From Eutreptiella sp. 'Long Island Sound 2002' (Eukaryota > Protista > Euglenida), in contig OZ038378.1 in the NCBI GenBank assembly GCA_964036045.1, positions 10,354,001 through 10,418,000 of the forward strand: a stretch of DNA of 64,000 nucleotides. The letters run 5' to 3'. The position numbers were made by a program, and so were the translations under genes. Below are positions 24,101 to 34,136 of the stretch, piece after piece (positions within the stretch are counted from its first letter, which is position 1; each line of letters starts with the position of its first letter). The notes beneath the pieces were generated by a model, which searched no databases, was not told where the DNA came from, and saw only the letters and a program-made list of their open reading frames with translations.

Positions 24101-26362
24101 TGTTGTACTTTGAGTTTTGGGTTCGTGCTCGAAGTGCACCAATGCCCCCCCCATGTGCCCATGTGGAGTTTGTCTTCAAACGTCTTGAAGGAACCAACGC
24201 AATTTTAACTGTGGCCCCAACGCCCCACGTGCTGATGCGGCGATTCATGGCTTCCTACGAACACAGAATGCCAAGAATGATGCAAAATAGTCGCACCCGT
24301 AATTCACCTGTACCTGTTTCCTGTACGCTGGCTACCCTGGCCGGATGGAGTGTGCGTATTACGTGGTTAGTGACGCTGGCCCCACCGCCCAAGTGCGTTG
24401 TATACCACCGGAAAATAGAAACCCAGATCACCACATGCTCACCATCGGAGGTTCCGAGGAGGGCCCCAAATGAAAGGTGTAGTACCCACTAGGCCGGTGA
24501 GCGAGTGCCACGGGGCCGCAGCAAATCCGGCCTGGCTAGAATGGGTCCAACGCGGGCGGGAGCATGCACATCTCTCTTGGCTGCACCGGAATCCGCTCTC
24601 AGCAAGTATATGGGCATTTTTGCTTTGGGGAGGGGGGGGGGGGTAGCCCCCTGCCCTCAGGATTCCGTCTGCCCCACCGAGGACATCCACGAGCAGTCAA
24701 ACCGTCAAGGGCTTGGGGTGTCACAGAATGAGCAGGGCCCCTTGCCCCCCATTTTGAGGGGAGGGGTCCATCTGTCCTAATGTCCTATTTTCCGACTTTC
24801 TCGATTTCTGTCATTTTGTACCATGTTTCAGCCGCTCTGTGGGTCACCACTTTCAAGGAAGACTTGACACCCTTCTTCTTACAGCAGCACTCCTTCACCA
24901 AGAGGAAAATGAGGCTGAACTTGCAAGAAATCGGATTTTCTGGCACAAATGGGCCATTGGCACCTTGAGATCGGCTTTGGAGCAAGGACCACAGTGAGAC
25001 CTTGACCAGCAGCACTTTGGAGAGGTGCTGAAGGCTGTGGTCGCACTGGTCATCAATTGCTCCGATGGAGATGCGCCCAGGAAGTGCTGCAAAAGGCAAT
25101 GCACACTGGCTGCTGTGTTGTCCAGCATTACGAAGAACCACCCAACACAGGTTAGTGCTCATGAAAGAAGCTGATTTGCACCCTCCAGGTGCAATGACCA
25201 TCCCAAGAACAGGAGATCGTTGGCAGTTGATAAACAAGGTGGGTCGCTTGAAGGGGCGTAGGTATCCACCATACTGGTACAAGTGTGACTTGCATGGTGC
25301 CAGAACTTCTTGCCCAAATGCGGCCCACTATGGCGAGTGGGAGACCACCCAAGCGAATCTGCAAAAAACTTCCCGAAGAAGAGGAGACATTTGGGTACAA
25401 GTTGCGGTAGTCTTCCAAAGAATTGGGTTTTCAGTGGTACACAGACTCCAAGTTGCAAACTGCGGCAATATGTGCGCTGGACACTACACACAGCCAAGCT
25501 GGTGACCAAGGGTCCGGACCATGAGGAGAGCAGAAATTTACCTTGTTGGTGAGCAGGAAATCTCATTCAAAGAGCACAAAACAATGCGCTTTTCGCACGG
25601 ATTTCAAAAAGGTAACCCCCCCCCCTTCATTCACCTCACCACGGAGACCACATTTTTGCCGAAATTTCAGCGAAAAGGCTCAAACCTGGCTCATAGGTGT
25701 GGGTGGAACCCCCCTGGGCACAGGGCTCAGAGGGGGCTGGCATATAGTCAGGTCACAATGTCCGAGGATAAGAAATTATGATCGGGCTAAACGACAGTTG
25801 ACCTTGCCAGGAGGGCAGCAGTAGGGTCGAAGGGATCTGACTGAAGCATTCTGTTATGCTACGCCTCGCATATACGGCCTGGTAGAGGTCATGGATAACA
25901 CAAAAATTCAGACTACCATCCGAATCCACACCAACGGCCACAACACTGTGTGAGCCGAGAGAAGTAAGATGTGTTCAAAACGAAGGCCTTTGCGATATGA
26001 GCCCCTCAGACCAGGCTCGGAAAAACACTACGTCCCTCCGAATACCACCAGCGTCAGCCCACATCAAGATAAACGTGCACATGCATACCTAAGGTCATGA
26101 GGCACTGACCCAATATTCGGTCCGAAACAGGATGCCAATGATACACAGTAATCTGCATCAATGAACCTGCAAACACCAGCAAAGTCTATATGGCTAATGG
26201 CGGGGGCAGCTGCATAGCAAATGCACTCAGTGCACTCTGCACAACACCGGTACTGGTACAAAATGCTGATGACCATCATACTTCCGGGCGCGGCCCCCCA
26301 AGTATCATTGGACCTCTGCACTTGACGTTCTCTTTCCAAATTCTGGGGACCTCCACACGAAA

Positions 26363-26363
26363 A

Positions 26364-26405
<42 letters not shown>
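26363..26405 (+). repeat. (AC)n microsatellite
   Basis: Direct reading of the sequence. Confidence 0.95.
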
Positions 26406-26407
<2 letters not shown>

Positions 26408-27295
26408 TTGCCTTGCTTTCCATGACCAAACCAACGTCAAATATGGCCGAGTGGGCAAAAAAGCAGATGAGCACACACTGCCTGGAACCCAATACTGCCC
26501 AATTTGCTGAGTTTGGGCCTTTTGCATCTTCTGTTCAGGCATCCCGGTAAACAGCGCACCTCAAAGCTCTCGGTATTACGGAGCTAGCTCCCAGCATATG
26601 TCCCACCCTAGGTTTGGGCACAAGCTCTACGTAGTATTTCCATACATACGGCATAGCCGCCAGTTGTGCACCAAGAGGTCGAGGCCAGTGGCGGCCCAGT
26701 GTGTAGCCGTCAAGCTCCCATCCCCATTTTTAACACGGGTTGCGCATTAACAAAGGTTACGAGGCCAACCAACCAGTGGGGGGGGGGGGGGCGAGGCCGC
26801 CAAATTTGGGGGATGACAGGGTCACTGCAGAAAGCTGCTGAGGCTGTTTCTGCTGTGTGTGGATCTGGAGACAGATTCCCGTATGCAGGCACACAGATCC
26901 CCCATGTATGCATGCATACCCCTATGCATGCACACGTATCCACCTACCACATGCCCCCATGTGTGCACTGAAGCCTTCCTTGGGGCTTGCTTGCTCGCTC
27001 CACTCGCCCAAGAGGCGTACTCACTAGCTGCGCTCACTCAAGCTCTTTTTTGTTTCTTTTCGGCCCCACGAGTTTGGAGAGTGGCAGAGTGTGCCCCCCA
27101 AGACGGAGGAGGGCCCCATGTGTGCACTAGTGTCTTCCTTGGGGCTTCGTTGCCCGCTTCACTCACTCAAGGCTGACTCGCGCGCTGTGCTGGCTCAAGC
27201 TGAGCGCAGGCAGCATAGGCTACGGGGTGTCAGAGGCCAAGGTAGGCATGGGGCTATGTTGTGGGCACACAGAAGTGGCAATGTGAGTTTCCATA

Positions 27296-27297
<2 letters not shown>

Positions 27298-27385
<88 letters not shown>
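27298..27385 (+). repeat. (GT)n microsatellite, ~44 units
   Basis: Direct reading of the sequence. Confidence 0.97.
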
Positions 27386-27389
<4 letters not shown>

Positions 27390-28560
27390 ACGTATGACAG
27401 GAGAGGCAATATGTGCATAAAGGTGGGACAATGTATGCATCTCCGCAAGGCGTCGGACAAGGTGATTCAGACTCTCTTAGAAACACAGTAGAACCTCTGT
27501 GACTCAACCCACGCAACGTCGGACTCCGGGTGTATCCAGCACTGCCCCACTGTGTGTGCCATGGCGGCCGTGAGTACTGGGTGGAGTCTGACCGCCGGCT
27601 AGCACGCGAGGTGGGCCGTCCATGAGATGCAGAGGGTCGGGTGTATGACTGTGATACACTCCAGCGCCGTCATGTATTCCATGCTCCTCACCCGCGACAA
27701 GTGCCTAGGTTGATATACAAAACCACAGCATGCTCTGCCGGGCCATCGGAACCCAGAGCAGTGTGACGGCACAGTGGTAATCATGGGGAACCCCATCCAG
27801 CCTGAGGACCTTGTACTGACACGTCTGCACCGGCGCTCCCACATCCACCCCCGGCATCAGGTGCACCACCGCTCAATCCTCGTATGGATGAGCTTCCGAC
27901 CATATGTGCTCCACACTTCCCCGTCACACATCACCCATAGCGGCGGGGGTAGGTGGTTAGCCCCAGGGAGGTGCATGAGCATGCCCGCCATGCCGTCTCC
28001 CGCATGCCATCGGAAGCCCGCAAAGAGATCCCCCAGTAGAAACATGGGGGACGCCGGCGGTACGAAGCGCATACTGGGGCCTGCGGATTCCATGGGCGTG
28101 TGGGCAGCCATGCGCACTTGGCATCAGGAGCCCCACCCCCCCCTACGACAAAGCCCATGATAGCTTTTCCGCCCACGTTGCTCCAGAGCGGCCTGTGATG
28201 TCTGAACTGACTGTACACGGTATCCCAGTGAATCTTCTCAAGCAGTGTCTGCAACTTCCCGCGTACCACCTGTGACCTGTGGCAAGACAGCTGCGCAACA
28301 GTCAACACCACAGCGTCACAACACACCTCCACCACGTCCCAGCGATCAAGGCCATGGGGGGACCGCGGCACTACATTGGACATGTATGGCCACCTCCCAT
28401 ACCGCCGCATTGGGGCGCTTCATGGTGTCCACCATGTCAGAGGGATACGGCGCCGCATACCGCAGGATTCTAGGTTCCGTCCTTTCCTAGGTTCTGTTGG
28501 GATCCTATCATCAATGATGCCATACCATATTGTTAGCCCCTCCCTTGGTGGGCCCCAATA

Positions 28561-29092
28561 CCGGAGGGGGGAATTTTTGGATTAGCCGAAATTTGGAATG
28601 GCGAAATTTTGGTGCGGGCGAAATTTGGCACAAATTCTGAAATACCGTGGCGAAATTTGGTACAAAATTTCTAGATTGTGGCCAGGGGAAAATTGTTACA
28701 CTGGGAATTGAACCAAAGAGTTTTCATTTGATGACGCAATGCCTCACCAGCTCACCTACCAGCACAACCTGCATAAATTGTAAAAAATAGGGTCCATAGC
28801 ATACCAGGAAACTTGCCATAGGTCCTAGGGTAACATGCAGACTCTTGCCACCATCAGACACGGGACACGGGACCGCATACCACAACAGAACGCCGACAAG
28901 GCACAAGAGCAGGAAATTCCCCAAATTGCGCAAAAAAAATTTCACAGGGAAATTTTGTCCCGGCATGGCGAAATTTGGTGCGGGCAAAAATTGGCACAAA
29001 TTCTCAAATACCATGGCAAAATTTGGTACAATTTTGTTGTGCCAAATTTCGGCATTCCAAATTTCGCCTATTCCAAAATTTCCTCCCTCCGG
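28561..29092. mobile_element. TA-flanked MITE (532 bp), Tc1/mariner-type geometry, ~55-bp TIRs with AAATTTGG subrepeats
   Basis: Left CCGGAGGGGGGAATTTTTGGATTAGCCGAAATTTGGAATGGCGAAATTT versus reverse complement of the right end CCGGAGGGAGGAAATTTTGGAATAGGCGAAATTTGGAATGCCGAAATTT. TA at 28559-60 and 29093-94. Confidence 0.85.
28701..28763 (-). other. tRNA-like (A-box/B-box) pseudo-sequence inside the MITE
   Basis: The minus strand reads GCTGGTAGGTGAGCTGGTGAGGC...CTTTGGTTCAATTCCCAG, with an A-box-like TAGGTGAGCTGG and a B-box GGTTCAATTCC. No complete cloverleaf. Confidence 0.4.
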
Positions 29093-29250
29093 TACTCAAC
29101 CCCGGCCATCTAAATGCTTTCAACAAGAGTTTTTGAATTCTTCCCCACCCTCAAAATATGGCGGGGGACCCCACTTGCCTCCCAAAGCCCACCGAGTACC
29201 CTGGCCCCTTGGCAGATACACTGCAAATGCCATCCATACATACACACATA

Positions 29251-29622
29251 CAGGGGGCCGGGATTTTTCCGTAGGCGAAAATTCTGCACAGGGAATATTC
29301 CACACCTATCCCAAAAAGTTAAGGGGGAAATTCCGCACCTCCTAAATCTTGAGTGCATTGGAAGGAAAAGGATCCTGGGATTGCAATCCGCAAAAAACAC
29401 ACAACACAGCAAAGCAGCCAGCAATAATTCTTCAAGTGTCTGAATTGTCAAAGAATTGGACTTCACCATATGTGAGGTGATTGCTGCTGGGGTTTTGTTT
29501 GTCCACACAGGGAATATTCCGCACCTACACTGAAAAAAAGTGTGGAAAATTCTGCGTTTGAAATACGGTATTTCCCCTGTGGAAAAAACCCGTGCGGAAT
29601 TCTGTCCCCCTCCCCACCCCTG
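29251..29622. mobile_element. TA-flanked MITE (372 bp) with CAGGGG...CCCCTG ends and internal GGAA(T/A)ATTC repeats
   Basis: TA at 29249-50 and 29623-24, short inverted ends, and repeated GGAATATTCC(A/G)CACCT blocks. Confidence 0.6.
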
Positions 29623-32015
29623 TACAGCCAGAGAGATGGACGGAGGGATGGACGGATGGACGCACTGACAGACATGCAGGACTGAGCATTGAGACTGCAC
29701 TGGTTGGCAAAAGGTTTGCACACTATACACTCTGCACTCTGCACTCTATGCACACCCTGTACACTGTACACCCTACACACACCACAGTGTGTAGCAGAGA
29801 GACAGGCAGACATGCGTTCATGCAAGCTATGGCTACAACACTGTGTGCAGGCACATGCACAACTGGTGCAACTATGCATGCATTAGATTGCAGGGCAGGG
29901 CAACCTGGCTCCCAAACATCAAGTGTCAATGGTGTGGGCCAAATGGGATTGAGTTCCCGCTTGAGCACAGGTGTGAATACTTCGTCGCATCCTCTACTGC
30001 TGTGTATTGCGACACAGAGGTAAGGATCTGTCAGAAATGTTACAAAGTGCAAGGGACTAACCCAAGTTGAGCAACAGGGGGTAAAGAGAAAAGGCACAGC
30101 ACCAACTACCACAGGCCTAAGAAGTCAAAGCCAACCCACTGGGGGACGATGGCTGCCCCTGCTCCTGCTCCTGCTCATCCCTTGCACAGAGTGATCCCCT
30201 GTAGCGGCTTCGGCATAACAGTGCGCCAGAATATTTGCTCGTGCATCTGCGGCTTCATGTTCATCCAGCACAAGCCAAGTGCAGGCACGTGCAGATGTGT
30301 GGGCAGCTGCAGGTGTCTAGGGGCAGATATTTGTGCAGATGCCTGCACCTGGGCAGTGGCAGATGTGTGTGAAGATGCAGGACACATTCAGATTCAATGG
30401 CACATGACACACACACAGGGTCACATGTACGCGCTGATATGGAGGTGCAGATGCAGGTGTGGATGAAGGGGTATTAAGCAGGGGCAATTTACATGCAAGG
30501 ACAGCGCAAGGGTAGGGGTGCGGACTGAGCAAGCCACCAGAAATGGATATATGCACAGGCGGATATGCAGATGCGGAAGCGGATGCAGTGGCAGATGCAG
30601 GTACTGATGAACATTTGGGTGCAGGTTCCTGGGCATATAAGTGCAGATGCAGGCGTGTTCCACTGCATATATCTCTGCAAATGCTTTTTCCACCGGACCT
30701 ACTCATACTTCTGCCACTGCATCTGCCCGTACAGCTGTACCTGCCTGCACCCACAGGTACCTGTGCATCTACCCCTGCAGCTGCCGCTGCGTCTGAAGGG
30801 ACATCTGCACAAGCATCTGCACATGCATGCCCTTGCATTGCGCCTTTCCCTGTCTGCCACTGCATCCAGACTTGCATACACACACAAGCAAGACTGTGCA
30901 TAATATCTGGGTCATGTGTCTAACATGTTTGGTGGATGACATGTGGGCACCATATTTGCAATTAATATGGGGTTGGCCTAGTCACTACACACTTGTATTG
31001 CAATCAACGGGACACAGCCACCTGTTTTGCCCAGGTGACCAGCCAGAGCTTGTATCAACTATGCAGTAAGTGCTACCTCAGCGCTTCACGCCCATTTGGG
31101 TGATGGATTCCTACTGAGCGTCCACAGCTTTATGTGCACCATGGTGTATATGCGCTCACAAAAGCGTGGCAGATATCTACTCTTGGAATCTTGTGTACTT
31201 CCACCTCCACATTCAGGGCCCCTGATTACCTGCTGAGGGTGGCACCTCAGTTTTCCGCTCTAAATCCCGCTCCGAAAGGTAAAATGGGGGGAGTGGGGGA
31301 AACTGGGGGAAACTGGGGGGAAATGGCGGGGAATGGGTAAAGCAGGGGAGACCAGGGGAGAATGGAGGGAAATTGGTGGAGGAACGTGGAAAAAATATAC
31401 AGTTGTCCACCTAGGTGGCAAAAATCTTGCAAACACAGACACCAACCTTAGTCCTGGGTTCATATCCCAGATGGTCTTGATGGGGACATAACGCACACCC
31501 TTAAAGGGGTGCACTTGGTCAGCCATAGACAGAACAAGGGCAAGAGGGCCCAAAGATGCCGGAAGGAAGTGGGAATCCTTCCTGCGCACCGAAGGGAAAG
31601 GTTAATTACCTTTAGTGTGCATTGTCCAAGAAATTTACAATGGAACAAAAAAGTTCCATCTCTATAGAGTGAGAGACTGTGTTACCCAACTTTGTGGCCA
31701 AGGCCACGGGGGTCCTTAACGCAAAAAAAAAAAATGTTCCAGGACCTGGTATTTTCAAAAGAGCCCGCGGACAGTACATGCCTTCACCCCGGTGTTCCCA
31801 ATTGTTCAACCCTGAGTCCCTAGCCCAAATTTGTATAAGCACACAACCATATGATCCTAGCCCCACATGTGTTGCATGATAGCATCCGAACCCTACCTCA
31901 CACCCTGCACAATTCAACATGAACAAGAGCAATGCTTTTTTCAATCAAATCCAGTGACGCAGCGTTCGACCACCCAAATGTTCCATCGCCGGTGGCACAG
32001 CTGATAACAAACCTC

Positions 32016-32981
32016 CTACAGCTGGTACAACCTCTGGAAGTGCACCCTGACACGCTCCATAAGCTCACCCTTCCCCCCGCTGACACTCAAACCATGCTTC
32101 CTAGAAATGGCTTTGAACTCAACTTTAGTCCACTCATGCAACTTCCCCCTCTCCATTGCCTTCAACACCGCCTCGTCCACATCATACGCAAACACCAACT
32201 GCGCGGCAGGGTTAGAAGAGGTAGAGGGGACAGCTGATGGGTTACGAAGGTCAGAAGAGGAGCTACTGGCAACTTCACCTGGCTGCTCCAAATCCTCGTC
32301 CTCACTGTCTTCGTCCTCACCCTCCAACCCAACCCCATACACATCGCCAATGTCGGCGTGAAGTGTTGCCCTCTTGGGGACAACCCACAAATCTTGAATG
32401 TCCAACTGAACCTCTGCCTGACCATCCTCTTCCAAAGAAATTGGCAAATCCTTGAAAGCAGCAAACCCAAGCAAACCACCATCTTCCACCTCAACCGCAT
32501 GCCCTTGCTTCCGTTTGCGCGGGCGGAAAGGGGTCTTGCGCAGATCATCAAAAACCTCAAAGGGCCCCCAATCCTCTGGTGCCTCCCCATTGCACCTTAC
32601 CCACAGCGTCTCACACATGCGATCCGTGCTTTGGCCAAAGTCCGTAGCCGTCACGTAGCTAAACACTCTCTCACACGAACACGAGCTTGCCTCAACCCAA
32701 TCCTCCAGTGTAGCACTACCATCCCACGCAGTTCCCTTGAATCGTGTTTGCACGTATTCAATCAAACTGCGAAGAAACTTCATCCGGCTACCCTTGATGA
32801 GGCTACTCCCTTCGTCAACACCCAACAGTTCCTCCCACACCCCTGGAATGACATGACGCATGGTGTGCAACAGCTATGTGCACATCACGTTCATCAAACC
32901 CTGGACGGCGGCGACCCGTGCCCCCTTGGTCACTTGAACTTTCTTGCTTGTGGCACAAACCACAACAAAAACATCGCATAA
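32016..32981 (-). pseudogene. C-terminal fragment of a hAT transposase with a C-terminal SAP domain (5'-truncated, one in-frame TAG at 32874-76)
   Basis: ASSCSCERVFS (32690-32658) matches the hAT C-terminal SSxxxERxFS motif. After an acidic linker (EGEDEDSEDEDLE), LHEWTKVEFKAISRKHGLSVSGGKGELMERV fits the SAP pattern. Motifs recognised by eye. Confidence 0.75.
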
Positions 32982-32982
32982 A

Positions 32983-33735
32983 GGTGGCTACGTAACCCCT
33001 GCCGTCTCGGGGATCCCGACCGCTTCAGAGCGGGGGGCAGAATCAGAAGTGGCCCACTTGTGGGCAAGGTGGCTACGTAACCCCTGCCGCCTCGGGGATC
33101 CCCTCCGCTTCAGAGCGGGGGGCGGAATCAGAAGTGGCCCACTTGTGGGCAAGGTGGCTACGTAACCCCTGCCGCCTCGGGGATCCCGACCGCTTCAGAG
33201 CGGGGGGCAGAATCAGAAGTGGCCCACTTGTGGGCAAGGTGGCTACGTAACCCCTGCCGCCTCGGGGATCCCCACCGCTTCAGGGCGGGGGGGCAGAATC
33301 AGAAGTGGCCCACTTGTGGGCAAGGTGGCTACGTAACCCCTGCCGCCTCAGGGATCCCCACCGCTTCAGAGCGGGGGGACAAAATCAGAAGTGGCCCACT
33401 TGTGGGCAAGGTGGCTACGTAACCCCTGCCGCCTCAGGGACCCCCTCCGCTTCAGAGCGGGGGACAAAATCAGAAGTGGCCCACTTGTGGGCAAGGTGGC
33501 TACGTAACCCCTGCCGCCTCGGGGATCCCCTCCGCTTCAGGGTGGGGGACAAAATCAGAAGTGGCCCACTTGTGGGCAAGGTGGCTACGTAACCCCTGCC
33601 GCCTCAGGGATCCCCACTGCTTCAGAGCGGGGGGAAGAATCAGAAGTGGCCCACTTGTGGGCAAGGTGGCTACGTAACCCCTGCCGCCTCGGGGATCCCC
33701 ACCGCTTCAGAGCGGGGGGCAGAATCAGAAGTGGT
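32983..33735 (+). repeat. 85-bp tandem repeat, 9 copies plus a degenerate tenth
   Basis: GGTGGCTACGTAACCCCTGCCG starts at 32983, 33068, 33153, 33238, 33324, 33410, 33495, 33580 and 33665. Confidence 0.97.
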
Positions 33736-33901
33736 GCCCAAAAGAGGGCGGAATTGCTACGTAACTCCTGCTTTCTCGGCGATCCCCAAAAAGGGCGGAA
33801 AGACATGGCCCACGTTGGGCCGGGGCAAAAAGGCCTCTAGGGGCGGTCCTTAAGGGGGGGTCCTTAACAAAAAAAAATCTTGTCCCTTAAGGACCCCCCT
33901 G

Positions 33902-34136
33902 GCCAAGGCTGACCAATGGGGTGTGTTTGGCGGCACGTCTCCCAATGGGTGATGAAGTGGTCCACAACTTTCTTCCATCCCACTGTACCATCCTCGCTGC
34001 GCGCATTGTCATTGACCCACGCTATAGCTTCCAGTACTTGGTCTAGACCAGGGGTGAAAGAGATGTTGCGTGCCGCGGTGCTTTCCTGGATTTGCTTTTG
34101 GCACCACGCGGGCTCGTCTGAGGAGGAGTCACTCAT
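33902..34136 (-). pseudogene. 5' part of the outer element's ORF (possible Myb/SANT-like domain), interrupted by the nested hAT and continuing at 31696-31260
   Basis: ATG at 34136 preceded by a pyrimidine-rich AG (34152-53). Removing the nested element plus one TSD gives ...HPIGQPWPQSWVTQSLTL*RWNFF..., in frame with the 31589-31260 ORF. Three in-frame TAG/TAA stops. Confidence 0.5.

Larger units (their letters stand above)
31705..33901 (-). mobile_element. Internally deleted hAT transposon (2197 bp)
   Basis: 15-bp TIRs CACGGGGGTCCTTAA / CAGGGGGGTCCTTAA (14/15). Perfect 8-bp TSD GCCAAGGC at 31697-31704 and 33902-33909. Contains the hAT transposase C-terminal motif. Confidence 0.9.

Noticed and set aside
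27091-27516. HTHTHT / VCVCVC ORFs (also 39339-39868, 38541-38963, 13477-14091)
   Set aside because: Open frames produced by microsatellites lacking stop codons.
29680-30900. Long Cys/His-rich ORFs in TGCA-rich sequence (also 34700-35200, 41620-42050, 50170-50420)
   Set aside because: Low-complexity (TGCA/GCAC)-rich DNA that is open in several frames on both strands, with no coding signal.
32983-33735. Regular repeat array resembling CRISPR
   Set aside because: Units are contiguous and nearly identical, with no unique spacers and no cas genes, in a eukaryotic context. It is a tandem repeat.
32981-33908. An in-frame join HPIGQP|LCDVF, made by deleting 924 bp between two AAGG copies, which would fuse the 34136 ORF to the SAP ORF
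   Set aside because: The perfect 8-bp TSD and 15-bp TIRs show the real insertion is 31705-33901. The SAP/hAT frame is inside that element and belongs to a different gene, so the 4-bp match is coincidental.
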